This document shows positions 1 to 12,508 of a DNA stretch of 64,000 nt, one piece after another. A program made the translations under genes and the position numbers. Positions within the stretch are counted from its first letter, which is position 1; every line of letters starts with the position of its first letter. The notes below the pieces were generated by a model, which made no database searches, had not been told where the DNA came from, and was given only the letters and a program-made list of their open reading frames with translations. This stretch comes from Dicyema japonicum (taxonomy: Eukaryota > Animalia > Dicyemida): contig RDEW01000027.1 of assembly GCA_011109175.1 (NCBI GenBank), positions 62,001-126,000 of the forward strand, given 5' to 3'.

Positions 1-129
1 AATACTCATAATTTCNCGAAAGGAGAAATATCGACTGTATTAATGAGTAGACTAAAAAAAGTTACTTAAATTTAATTTTTTGTGGTTAATAAATCATTTA
101 TAAAATTAATTGAAGTTAATCTTGGTTCA

Positions 130-1150
130 AGGTTAATGTAACAGGCTGCCCATTGGCCCATGTGACATAATATGTAATCTATTTGATTGAATATTTGAAG
201 TGATTTCCGTGTTTATCTCTTCTTGATCCCACTCAGGTTGTCTTATGTCTTGCAGAATATTTAAATGCTGTATTTCTGATGAATAGGTCAAAAGACGAGC
301 AGAATTGGACTAGTGATTCGCCAATTCCTGTCATGAGATCTTATCTAGTACTCATCAAGTATTGCTTCTCCAGTACTGGCATTCCAATCACCAGCAATTA
401 ATATGAGGTAAGACTAAGAAATAAAATTGAACGTTTCAGCTACAGTTGAGTATAAACTCTCTTGTTCTTAGAAGTTGGATGAAACTCTGACTCCTGTTAA
501 GGCATAACATTCATTATAGAAATGACAGAATTCAGTTTATTCCCGCATCTGATTTTCATAACAGCAACTCGATGACCAGATTCGAGTTACATGACTGTAA
601 AGACTGTGATGGATAACTAATCCAAGTCCATGGTATCTACATGGTGTTGGGAGTGTAATTTTGTAGTAATCATTATACCTTTTGGTGCAGTGTTCTGCAG
701 TTTTCGTTTTTTGTAGACAACAGATTTATTACTGGAGAGATCTCGTTAAGTTAGTATTTTTTAAGGGTACAATTCATTCTTGCAAGGAACAATGTGGATC
801 TTGTGAATGAACGCCTCCATTCCAAAGAGTACGACCTCTATTCCAAAGAGTTGGAGTGATACATCATGGGATGGTCATATTGCCTCGGTAGTACTCACCT
901 GAGCTGATCGTGTGACAGCACATTCCTGTCAGTCATTGAAAATCAATTATTCAATCGCTGTTAATAAAGAAAACTTTGGAGAGTATGAGTGTTTCATATA
1001 GAAACCAAGTCGATCCTTAATGAAGGGATCGGTGAGATCCATCCCCCATTAGATAGCAAAGAATTCCTTGAGGATAGCACAGGAAGGCTATTGGGTTTTT
1101 CAAAGTTGAATATGAGGAGGTAGTGTGTCGTGATGAAATGATCAAACCAC
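130..1150 (-). mobile_element. Degenerate RTE-type LINE, APE endonuclease region
   Basis: Minus-strand translation GESLVQFCSSFDLFIRNTAFKYSARHKTT*...NQIDYILCH is typical of the RTE APE C-terminal half; contains stops and frameshifts. Confidence 0.6.
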
Positions 1151-1301
1151 ATTACTGATCAAAAAGGAAACTTCTACCTTAGAAAATATTTTAATTTTTG
1201 AATTGAGTGTTCTATCAAAAAAAGTAATATTTTATTTAAAAATAATTATTTTTAAGAAAACATTTAAATTCAAATTTGAATTGACTAAATAACTCGAATT
1301 A

Positions 1302-2163
1302 ATGCACCCTATGCTTCGTACAATATTAAGGAATCATTCATCATCAATTCACGGCCAAACCGAATCAATATTCCGCCAAGTAAACCAAATTTGGCTATAA
1401 AGCTTTTCGATCGTGTGAGCTGCACTTACACCTACATAATTGGAGATCCAAAATCGAGGTCAGCGATCATAATCGATCCTGTTCTCGAGAACGTGGACAG
1501 AGATGAAACAATTCTCAAACAACTCAATCTTGACTTAAAATATGCAAGTTCTAGTGTACTAATATGCAGTAAACACGCACGTGCACGCTGACCATGTGAC
1601 CGGCAGTGGCCTCCTTAAACAGCGCTTTTCTCACTGTAAAAGTGTCCTCAGCCAGGAAAGCCAGGCGAAGGTTGACATGACAACAAGAGATGGTGACATT
1701 TTACATTTTGGGGACGACTCGGTACAGCTGATTTCCACGCCTGGTCACACTCCGGGTAACGAACGTAAGTTAGCTAGGGTGTACCTCTATTGTGTGGCAA
1801 CGTGGGCGGAGTGCATTTACGGGGGATTGTCTCCTCATTAGAGGATGCGGCAGAACCGACTTCCAACAAGGAAACTCGGAGAAACTTTATAATTCAGTCC
1901 ACAAAAGACTGTACATCCTGCCACGTGATTATTTAGTCTTCCCAGCTCACGACTATAAGGGTCTACGTGTGTGCATATTTTAGGACATTGTGTGTCGACT
2001 ATAGGGGAGGAGATTGACTATAATCCGAGACTGAGCAAATCCATGGAGGAGTTTTCTCTGATTATGAAGGAGTTAAATCTTGACTTGCCTAAAATGATTG
2101 GTTTGGACTATTTTTAGTTTAGATATTTCCCTACCTGCAAACCTTGTTTGTGGAATTCAATAA
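1302..2163 (+). CDS. ETHE1: Mitochondrial persulfide dioxygenase (metallo-beta-lactamase fold), 6 exons
   Basis: Removing GT-AG introns 1380-1402, 1548-1569, 1756-1777, 1961-1983 and 2101-2122 gives one open frame: IFRQLFD...[14 protein letters not shown]...TPGHTPGC...[19 protein letters not shown]...PAHDYKG...PANLVCGIQ*. Confidence 0.95.
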
Positions 2164-2229
2164 CCATTAATTAATATTAATTACTTTGTCTGGTTAACCA
2201 CTTTAACATCACGGTGATCTACAAAATTT

Positions 2230-2740
2230 AAGAACTATTCGAAGGCGGAATGGCTTAGTTTTAGCGTTATGTGGACAACGTAGCCGCCATGGGGGGGGAA
2301 CTATTCCTTGAGGCGATGAAGACATCATATGACTGGAGTGATTTGTTCAGGTCATAAATCGTGAAGGAACAGATTAATAATCCCGGGGAAAGAGGGTAAC
2401 CCTGTGGAACTCCATTGGAAGCAGTCGTGATCTCGATCTGCTGTTCACCATGTATACTCTTACGCGTCCGGACAGAAAGTTTAAGAACAACTTTATGCTG
2501 CTTCTTCCTGGATGGATTGTAATCTATTAAATCCTTCTTCCACCAAATCATTTATAACGTTTTTACAACTGATCGTAGTCAGTTTAACATGGTACTCCTC
2601 TTCCTGTTTTCAAAAACCCTAAAATATTGAGACAGGTGTTTGATGTGTGTTTATCCTTCTCGAAACATGTTTCGTAAATAACGAAAAATCTCAGAAAAAG
2701 ATCAACTTGCTCCTGGCCGTGGCGGGGACGTCATTTGGTC
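2230..2740 (-). mobile_element. LINE reverse transcriptase fragment
   Basis: ORF 2267-2551 contains the RT motif GVPQGYPLSPGL; the flanks are disrupted. Confidence 0.6.
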
Positions 2741-2949
2741 AGAGCAAAGAAAGTCTATCTATCGTCTACAAACAATTTATTTAGGTTTCAACAGAGATGT
2801 AAAAATTTAATTAACAAATTTATTTCCAAAAATCGTTAATAAATGAGTAAAAATATTCTTGATAATTTTCGAATATAAAAAAGTTAATTTCAAAGTTTCT
2901 AAAGTTTTCAAAATATAATAAAATACTGATTATTACACATATCTTCAAA

Positions 2950-4781
2950 ATGGATATTAATTTGCCATCTTTACCAAAACGTTTAAAGTTGACAGATAGT
3001 GATGACATTGTGACTCAAAGAGACACCGTGAAAGAGTTCTCGCCCTCAGATGAGGAAAGAGTGAGACTGATTGGACAAGAATTAAAGCATCTGGGACTAA
3101 TGTAGTAATAATAAGCACAAATAGTTCATCTTTAGCAGAACTGACCAGAGAATCAGGTATCATCGTGGAAAGTCCAATTGTTACTAATCTAAATTCATGC
3201 TTATTGGAGGGTCAATGGGATGATGTAATATATTACAATATTTAGGTAATTCGCCACATAATTTTGCTGAATGATGGGATGGACTTTGAAAACTTTAAAG
3301 TCTTTGTTTATTCTGATATTAGGAGATTAACTATTTAATTTTGGTAAGAAAGTTCATCGAGTTGGTGCAAAATGGTAATTTTTTGGAAGCATTTGTCTGC
3401 ATGCGGGTTGATATTGAAAAAAGAACAACACAAAATGTTAGGGAGATTGCAGCGTAAGTAAATGATTTACATAAGATTACTTTTGATAGCGAGGCCATGC
3501 TCGGATGTAGAAAACGTAGAAAATAGAGTAGAATTAGTTGACATAATAAATTGTAATGATGATGGTAATTAATAGCTATGCTGCCATCCTCTGTGGCTCT
3601 ACCACAATACCGTCTCCGTAAATTATTGGAATATGCAAAGCAACATCAAATAGACGAATGTATCTGCCACAATGTAGAATTGTCGGCAGATGACGAAAGT
3701 ATTTGTTTATTCGCAGACCATTCATGCTCAATGTATAATATATGACATATTTGATAGAGACTCACTTCCAAATCATATAGTTACAGATTTAGAATTTCCA
3801 TACAAAGTACTATCATGCAAATTCTCTTTCGATGGGAGATACTTGGCTGTGGGGGTTATTGATGGTACTCTTTCGATATTCAGCATCGATGTAAGTAAGC
3901 AGAATTATGGATAGAATTTTAATTTTACACGAAAGTATCTGGTAAACTGCTTGGATAATTTACAAATAACCAATTTTAGTTGGCGCTTTGATGGAAAGTA
4001 TTTGTTATGCTCGACAAACATTAGAAATGTCGATTTTGTGATGTTGTTTGATGTAGAGGTTTATTCTCGTTATTATTAATAGACTGGTACTCAGCGAATA
4101 CTAAAATTTACTACTTATGTTCAGGAAGTAATTTGGGATAGTAATTTCAGGAGCCGAATTATTGCGGGAGGGGATAGTGGGGATATAATGATATATGTAA
4201 TTGTGTGGATTATTTAGGATTTCAATAGAACTGTATTGTATATAATTCGAAGATTCAGGTGTGTTAAACTTTGTCCTTACCAAGATGGATTAATAATTAT
4301 AGTGGATACGCAAAATAGATTAATTTCTTTCAACTCAGCAACAATGAATATAGATATTCTCATACAGGAAGAGAAACCAATAGATTCTATTGATATTGAT
4401 GGTCTGAAACAATATGCTTTGTTGAATTTGATGCCTTGTGTACATTTATTTTTAATGCCAAGGGTATCACTTTGTGGAATATAAAAAGTAAGGTTAAGCT
4501 TTATACATTTATGCTTGCTGATGTTGGTAGTTTCAATAACGCAGGGAGAGCTGGAACAGGATTATTTGCTTCTGGATATATAGGTTCAGGTTCTCTTATA
4601 TTTAGAAAACGGAATTAATTATTTTTGTATATGGAATTATCTCAAGAATGAGCTTCTAATTAAGATCCACGGAGGAAGTAATGAATCTGCTCATGATTTT
4701 CATTGGAATCCTAATAACCCCATGATGGTGGCTTGTGATTCTGGTTCGAAAGTCCTTATATGGGGATCTAGCCTATCATAA
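2950..4781 (+). CDS. WDR26: WD40 protein with LisH/CTLH N-terminus (CTLH/GID complex subunit), multi-exon
   Basis: RVRLIGQELKHLGL...ESGIIVES...LLEGQWDD (LisH-CTLH), then WD repeats (SCKFSFDGRYLAVG), ending FHWNPNNPMMVACDSGSKVLIWGS*. Micro-introns are present, e.g. 3225-3245. Not every internal junction was resolved. Confidence 0.85.
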
Positions 4782-5260
4782 TTACTTGTTCGATTTAATA
4801 GATAAAACATTCTTTACTTATTAGAGGGGCAATTTAAGTGCTATAATTCTAGAATTTTTTTTCATTTTATTATTAAAATAAAAGTTATTTTTTTCATGTT
4901 TTATTCATTTAATAGCCTATTTTATACATGCTATAGCTGCTATAAATGCTATTTTTTCTATTTCTTCTCTACAACTTTTGCCTTAAAATAAGAGGATATT
5001 TAAGGATGTTGATTTTCTAATTTTTCCAAAAAGGCCACAACCATCAAAAACAAGACCATTCAGAAAAAATGTCAGAAATTGTAATTCTCAGACGATTTAC
5101 GTGAAATCGAGAAGTATCTGGAATCGAGACTTTCTGAGAATCAAGTTCATTCTATCACAAAATGGAAAACTACATATTTCTCCATATGTATACAGCTATC
5201 TGAAAGTGTCCTTCTACATAATAATCCGTTGAGAAAAATTCTCCCTCCTTATTATTTACA

Positions 5261-5418
5261 GCCGGGTGGCATAGTGGTTAGGTGTCAGGATAGGTGGCTT
5301 AGGTCACGGGTTTGATTCTCGCTGATATTTACCTACGATGCAAAAAGGGGTTGACGAGTGACGCCGTCAGCAGTGGAGATTCACTGCGGAAGTGGATAGT
5401 CTAAAGGGACATACACAC
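5261..5418 (+). mobile_element. tRNA-derived SINE (family A)
   Basis: A-box TGGCATAGTGG, B-box GGTTTGATTC, core TTGACGAGTGACGCCGTCA and tail GGATAGTCTAAAGGGACATACAC; homologous to the copies at 23098, 42620 and 50366. Confidence 0.85.
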
Positions 5419-6494
5419 AAGAAAAAGAAAACAAAAAGTGAAAAGCATTTCTTGGTTCTCCCTCTACGATTAGTTATAATAACTGTTCTTTACTTAAATA
5501 AAGTGTGTGTTCTGCATAAGCGAAACCTTAGGCATTTTACGTGCTTACGACAACGCGGAAGTGCTTACTTATTATTTACGGCATACATGAACCCTCAACA
5601 TTTTGCATGATTAATAATATCTAAGGTTCTCCAGAATATTACTACAAACATTTGACCATTTTAAGAATTTGGAATCCTGTGTTAACACGAGAAAACAAAA
5701 TTGATTATAGATAAACGAGAAAATTAGAATAAAATGTTTTCAGAGGTCTTCTGAATATGAATTCTAATCAAACTGGCAAATAAGTCGATATTATTTTGAA
5801 TTGTGTCTTATTTTTTCCTTCATTATATGGACCAGAAACTTTATTTCGTCATTAAATATGTAGTCCGATGTTTGAGGAAAATCTATCAATAAATTATTAA
5901 CCCCAACTCCTCTAATGTGATGGAAACTAATGAGTATTAGAAAGAGCATGCCAAATCAAATCACTCTAAAAATCGTATACGGCCACATGATGGTCCATGG
6001 CAAGTAAATAGACCACGAACTTCTCCTATTCTTATATGAATATTTATACATCGCAGACAAGTGAATTTAACATTTCGGTAATTGGCTGTATTAATTTTGA
6101 AATAATTGGAAGCATCCAATTTGTTTTTCTTAATGGTTCGAATGGAACAGGTGACACGAAATTGTGTGTTTTTGCTGTCCAAGTTAGGTTTTTTGACAGT
6201 GGATACATTTTCCAATAGGTTTTCTGGAAGGAGACAATATTTATAGTTTATTATTAACATGAAACATGCATTATCTATTGGACACGAAATCTCTCTTTTG
6301 AAATTCTTCTATTGAATCATAATGTTTTGATTTTTTAACAGTTGGATCACATGCCTCTTCTTAGGCATAAAAATGCAAAGTGAAGGCGAAAATTGAATCT
6401 ACAATTAATCGTGACGTGAGTGACAGCATTAGCCACTACGCTAATTCCCAGGATTTCATTTTAAATTAAAAATTAAAAAATTTAAAATTATTCT

Positions 6495-6600
6495 AAAGAC
6501 CAAGGGTAACCAACTAACTAACTTCTTGATCCTGACTCGTTCCAGCGTTCCAGAACCTATCTCCAGGTAACGAAGCTGTCCCCGGGGAAGGAATAGGTAG
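6495..6600 (-). mobile_element. Isolated 3' tail of the Vingi-like/non-autonomous family
   Basis: ACCAAGGGTAACCAA..AACT..TGTCCCCGGGGAAG is shared with 47190-47285. Confidence 0.6.
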
Positions 6601-6619
6601 TGAAATGAAGTGAAATAAA

Positions 6620-7260
6620 AAGGTAACATCAAACTATCTACTCACGTGAACTCAACACGCTCAGGCAGATATTTCAACGAGCTAAAATCAGTCATATAAC
6701 TGGATGCTCGTAGTTGCACGGACTCAGCACTTGGCATTGGAGAAAGAATCTTTCCAGAACTCCATCACTTTGTAACTCTAAATCCTTTTTTCTGATTTGC
6801 TCTAATCCTCAAACATTTGTCCTGCAAATGAGCAAGCCCCATGAGGCGTGTCCGTAAGAAATACATGGCTCAATGTACTCTTTATAAATAGTTTCCAGTA
6901 TAGAATGATTTTCAATCTTCCATAACCATGAGGGACATTCCAGTACGGTAGTCTTCTTTTCGCATTTTGTCACAACATTTTCAACATCAGGCGAAAAACT
7001 CATGTCAAAAATCACCTCAAGAGTATTATTAGATCAGCAATAATGCCGTTTTTTGCTTCTAATGGCACTGTACGTCTTCTCAGTCTCTTGATGGACTTTT
7101 TAGTACTGGTCGACGATCATTAGTTGAGATCGTCCGGGTTTTGTCGCAAAGTTGAAGTAGCAGCCTGGATGTCCTAGTTGCATGCGATTATGACGTCGTC
7201 GGCATAAGTGAGAAGAATATCATTTTTGCTATGCCTTGATTAGATGTTGGCCGGACGATT
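6620..7260 (-). mobile_element. LINE RT C-terminal relic
   Basis: Minus strand reads LTYADDVIIAC and IYKEYIEPCISYGHASW. Confidence 0.7.
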
Positions 7261-7712
7261 AACAAAAAATTGAGTTTTATGCACATTCTATTAATTTTTT
7301 ATTTATTTATTTGAATAAGAAAATAATGTGTGTCCGCCCAATCGTGGTTTAAATTACTTCGTCAACTGACATCCAAGTTAGCCAAGTGGTTAAGTGGTTG
7401 GAATACTGATGCGATGACGTTATTAAGGAAAAAGTATACTCAGCTTCATGATGAATAAAAGCTCATGTCTTCTTTTTCTTGGGAACATTAACGAGGTGTC
7501 TAATTCAGGAAACATCGGAAACTCTAAGGTTTGAACAAAGAAAGTGTCAAATGTGCGTAGGATCCAGTTTCGAATATCGTTGGCCAAAAGATTGAAAGAA
7601 CTCTAAAGATCATCTATCAGAAGCTGCATGAGTAAATGATCCCCAATATAATATAATAAAATTATTATTCAACTTAAAAGATATAAAAAAAACTCAGAAT
7701 TATTCATCATAA

Positions 7713-8436
7713 CTATTTAATAAAGTAAATTTCCTCCCACAAAATAACACCGTAAAGAAGCACGTGGATGATTTTTTCAATAAAAGGAGGGAATGAAGAA
7801 TAATCGTAAATCGTGTATGCTATAGTAGCGATCACTGAGAGTTTAATGTCACTAAACATTATTATCAATTTGATCACGATTTGGGGGACGAGGGTACCGA
7901 TTTTGACAGTTTGGCGCCAAAACATATCAAAATAAATGGCTCCAATATTCTAGCACTTAATCCTGCGATTACAGAAAATATGACCTGACATAATTCCAAA
8001 GACAATTGGAATGAGGACACTGTTCGATGTTTGGGCAGCTGTAATCATCCCCATTCTGACATTATAAACTGTTTTAACATTTGCAGACACAATTATTAGT
8101 ATTTTAAAGGTTTTGCTGTTGAGCGTCCCGCTAAGTGGTCGAAGGAAAAATACAGCAAACCTTCCAAATTACACGTCTCTTACCACGTAATGAAGATGAT
8201 GATGAAATCTAATGTATGAGAAAATATTTCTAGAATTGGTTTTGCAAGCATCAAGTAAGTGACAATGTCTAGACTGTTGCATAATATTAATGCACACACA
8301 AACGTATGAATGATATCATCATTTATGATTTCTAGGTAATGTGGATAACATTACTTTGGTTTACCACCTTTGATCTTATTGACAAGCATGTCTCAATGTG
8401 CTTGAAAATGCCGGAACTGAATATTAATATATTCAT
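7713..8436 (-). CDS. TMEM38: Trimeric intracellular cation channel (TRIC/TMEM38-like), 5 exons
   Basis: Removing introns 8332-8354, 8161-8183, 7963-7984 and 7852-7877 gives an uninterrupted frame from ATG at 8436 to TAG at 7713. The stretch FVCALILCNSLDIVTYLMLAKPILEIFSHTLDFIIIFITWFAVFF aligns by eye with TMEM38 FTAMLHCFGGGILSCLLLAEPPLKFL...IWYITFF. Confidence 0.75.
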
Positions 8437-8819
8437 TTATTAAACACATCATGATATATTTTATCTTAAATGGTTAACCACTTTAAAATATTTAAATTTT
8501 CCACTTTAAAAAAAAAAAAAAAACTTATCCAATAAAAATGAATTTTCCAAATTTCATTGAACTTGAAATGAAAAAAAGCGACGAAACTAAAACGTCGACT
8601 AAAAAAAATAACACCATATAATTGAATAAATCTCAAAAAATTTACCAAAGTGAAAAGAACGTCTAATTTTTAGCGTAATTTTTTCTGTTGATGAGCGGTC
8701 ACGTCTCTTATATCATAATTCGGGTAACTTTTGATTGCAAATTCAAAATTTTTACGTTAAAAGTTAATAAAAATTTTTATTAAAATACAAAATTGTTAGA
8801 AACGTTACAGGTTTGAGAG

Positions 8820-9445
8820 AGTAACTTTCGATGTGTTCATCATAAAGAAAATCTCTTCCCCGCAACCAATGATCTAGAAAGACATTTTTCGGTAACTATG
8901 TTGGTAAAGGGAAATATGTAGTTTTACCTGTTCATTATTAAAAGCACTGTTCTTGATATCGAATATCAGCTTATAAGAGGTGCTTCTACCATGAGATCCG
9001 GATCAGACTCTTCTTTCGCTTGAGAGAAAGGAAGACATAATGATTTATCCATCGTAAAGTAAGGCAGATATTCTGTGTGAGACGCATGTCGCTACTTTAA
9101 TTTTCCAACTAATTTGCGGTCAACTAATTATCTTGAAGTTTTAGAGATTTCACAATCAAAGAGTTCTTTTAACATTTCATAACTTTGGATAAGCAAGGTG
9201 ATGACATACATTTGTTGCATGAATGTCCCAATCTCCTCAAAATAGATGTAACCAATTGTTCTTTTTCTCGATAAATAGACGAAATGATGGATTCAGGAGA
9301 CATACCAAGTTTTGGAACGAGAAATTTTTGATACACTATACTCTTGGTTCGAGTCTCACCAAGAACAAGGCAATTATTAGTTAGATTTTTAATTCCGAAA
9401 TTTTCTTAATAATAATTGTTACCGGTTTTATTTTGGACTGACATT
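8820..9445 (-). pseudogene. Degenerate HEAT-repeat fragment resembling the PP2A scaffold (A) subunit N-terminus
   Basis: IKNLTNNCLVLGETRTKS, SIYREKEQL, EEIGTF and SDPDLMV recall PPP2R1A IKKLSTIALALGVERTRS, TIYDEDEV, EQLGTF and SDDTPMV. A frameshift is needed and stops are present. Confidence 0.4.
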
Positions 9446-9489
9446 CTCAATTTACTATAAAAATATGTGACAGTAGATCAATAAAAGAT

Positions 9490-11250
9490 GATTAATTTAA
9501 AAAAATGAAATTTACAGATCATTACTGGTAATCGAAACTTTATGGTATCTGTTATTGATAAATCGGCTAAGTGGATCGAACACTAGCACAAGTAGCATAA
9601 AAGACAAACTATCTCCCTGTAAAATCCCTCTTTGTAGTTTGATAGTGCGTGTATTTTCTTTATTCAAAAAAAGCTTGAGTTTCCAGTTTTGAAAAAGTAT
9701 TTTAATTACATTACAATCCACGTTGGGATGCCAGAGTTTTCAAGGACATCAAAAAGAAAATCATGTTTTCTGAGTCGAAAGCCTATTCAACGTCAATCCA
9801 TGCTGCATAAAGTCCAAATCTGTTGATTCTGTTAAGTGACTTATTTACTTAGAGCCTGTTTTTAGCACCTCCTAGTGCCCATTTAGTTTTCAGTAAGTAG
9901 ATCAAATGCTTCTGCATAGTCAGTTAGCTTCATATGCATTTCGTCATGAGTTTATATAAAGATGACATGCATGTAATCGGGCGAAAATCTTTTTAAGACT
10001 CAGGGGCAGTGCATTTTGGAATCAAGTAAGTGAGTCCAGTAAAAAACCACTCTCCAGGCACACATTTTCCTTCCACAATTCTATTCATCACATTAAAGAT
10101 TAAGCCGTGCAAAGACGTGAATTTTTTAACAAAAAAGTTGAAAACTCCATCACAACCTGGGACTTTCTAATTAGGCAGATATTTAATTGTTTTATTAAAC
10201 CCATTTCTATTAAATCCAACAGGTACATTTTCAACACCTGTTATTCTTTTTTAATATTAATTTTCTCTAAAAATGCATTTCTGTTTCCAAACGTTTTCCC
10301 AAAAGTCTGAACATTTTTCATTATCAATAGACATAGTAACATTATTTGCCGTAGGTGTTAGGTTTTTGTAAAATGATCTTCGATTTAATTCAAAGTTTAG
10401 ATTATCAAAGCAAATCTATTGCGGGACTCAAATACACAATATTTTTTTCAAGAATTTTAATTTTATCTTCAATGCACGAAATAATCTTCGCTCTTTCACC
10501 ATGGTTCTTTTTATATCCCACTAACGATGATGCTTGAGAAGCCATAGGGTTTTCCTCAGATGACAAAGTCTTCATAAAAAAACTTTTTAATTAGCAAAAG
10601 AGATGATTTCCAAATTTCAATTTTTCTACTTATGTTCTCTTTCTATTTTAATGGCTCATTTTTTTTCACTGAAATGATCTGATACGTAACTTGACCAGTA
10701 TAAAAAAGAGTAGAAATTTGATCCATGGAAGTTATAGAATTCTTCTTAACCCAGTGGTTAATGACACAGTTCAAACACTCCAGTAAGTTATTGGAAATCT
10801 TGACATAAGGAATCTTTTTGGTTTATGTCTCGAGCTTTGTTCAATTTGCTCGGCAATTATCAATTGTTCCATAAGTGTGCGTCGGCAGTGATCGTAAAAT
10901 TTAGGGTCCATGGACGGTGAAGACATATCAGGCTTAGAATCTGAGGTCCCCTTCGAATCATGTTCATTGCTTGATAATTGTTGGCGTTTTTGGACGTACA
11001 TCAGTCTTCTGAACTCAGGCATTGTTATTTCCTCTCCAAACTTAGACTTGAACCCCTCCAAGAGAATAGCCAATCCACCTCTGGGGACACGACCGAGGCA
11101 AGAAGGCATGCTTTCAATAACCGAGGTGGCCCATTGTTCGCGACAATCAGCTGTTGAGGAAGACATTATTCTTATAAAACTGGAAAATTCGTGTTGTTTT
11201 CTTGAAGACAAATCGTAGAAGCATCCGCCTCGAAAACATGTCGGACAAGC
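9490..11250 (-). mobile_element. RLE-type (R2/NeSL-like) non-LTR retrotransposon relic, N-terminus plus RT
   Basis: RT motif GILQGDSLSFMLLVLVFDPL lies at 9512-9721. ORF 10771-11211 is taken as the N-terminal region from its position and strand only. Confidence 0.6.
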
Positions 11251-11419
11251 TAGGCGGCTGTTCGATTTGGGTTTTCTTTACTCATTTCGGCATAATCGGA
11301 CGATTTCGATGGTTCTTATTAACATCAATAACAACCATTAACCAGCAACGTGTGAAATTTCAATATTGTATTATAAAATTACATATAATAATAAATTATA
11401 AATTAAAGAAACGTGCCTG

Positions 11420-11800
11420 AATGGTTTTAGTGAGTCTCGACAAAGACACACTAGAAAAAATAAAGAATTCGAGACTCGATCAAAGGCAATTTGTGGCAGA
11501 AGATTCTGAAATTAAAGTGAAAATATTTAGGCTAAATCAAATAGCTATATCTTTAATTTTGAAGATGATATTTTTTATCCAATCAGAAATCAAACTAAAT
11601 TGAGATTTTTTTGTAAGAGGAATATCTAAGGCTGAAGAGATAGTCAAATAATTCTAAACTGTGTTTAGACGTATCAGTCCTCCATTGATTTTAAATACAG
11701 ACAATGGGAAGGAATTCTGTAATGGATATATGGAGAAGTTATGCCAAAAATTTGGTAGAACAATTAAAGGCCGTCGACAATGAATTACTGGAATTGCCGG
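11420..11800 (+). mobile_element. Retroviral-type (rve) integrase relic, Ginger/KRBA2-like
   Basis: Reads SPPLILNTDNGKEFCN near 11675-11722, the second catalytic Asp motif; stops are present. Confidence 0.55.
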
Positions 11801-12508
11801 ATGCGAGAAAAGATGCATACATAAATATTTCGCTGGCAGCAGAGAGGATGGAAGAAAATCGTAAATGGAAACCTATGATGATCCACGGAAAGGGAGAAGG
11901 ACCTTTTTTTTGTGGTGTCTGGTCCAGTTGTACATGATATCTAGCTGTTCGAGCCCTGCCATAAATACTTAATTCATCTCACAGTACCTTGTGCTCCTTC
12001 CAGCTTCCAGTAGTCCGTCGGCAAAAGAGTGCGCAGTCTTTAATATCAATCATCTTATTGGATCTGCTCTTGTGGTTCATTGGAACTTTGATCTCGAGCA
12101 GGAAGCAGATTCCTATTCTTACTGAGTCGTTGTCTTAAATTACTCCGAGCGATGCACAGGGAAGCGTTATCAGTCATACACCGCTCACACTTGTAAATAT
12201 GGAAAATAGACATGCTTGTCGATGTTGACCTAATTTCAAATCGATCGTGTCAACAATATTGGCACAAAAATGCTGTTTCTTCGGGTTTGGAGAGTTCCAA
12301 GGTTATCAAAGATCTTTTTATCCCATTTCCTGATTACAGGTAAGATGCCTTACATTGAATACTACATACTGCGGAGGGACACTCACAAACACGCAAATTT
12401 AAAAAAAATGTAAAAGCAACTACGTATTGTCTAAACAACAAAGAAACCGCCGATAGACATAAAAGCGTAAATAGCGATGATAATTGAAATTTAACACATT
12501 TAACCCCA

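Noticed and set aside
16-16. Single N base
   Set aside because: An assembly ambiguity with no biological meaning.
1302-2163. Ciliate-type genetic code (suggested by the Paramecium-sized introns)
   Set aside because: TAA/TAG terminate conserved proteins at the expected C-termini (ETHE1, WDR26, TMEM38), and spliced frames need no stop read-through.
5261-5335. tRNA gene
   Set aside because: A/B boxes are present but there is no cloverleaf, and it continues into the SINE core and tail seen in other copies.
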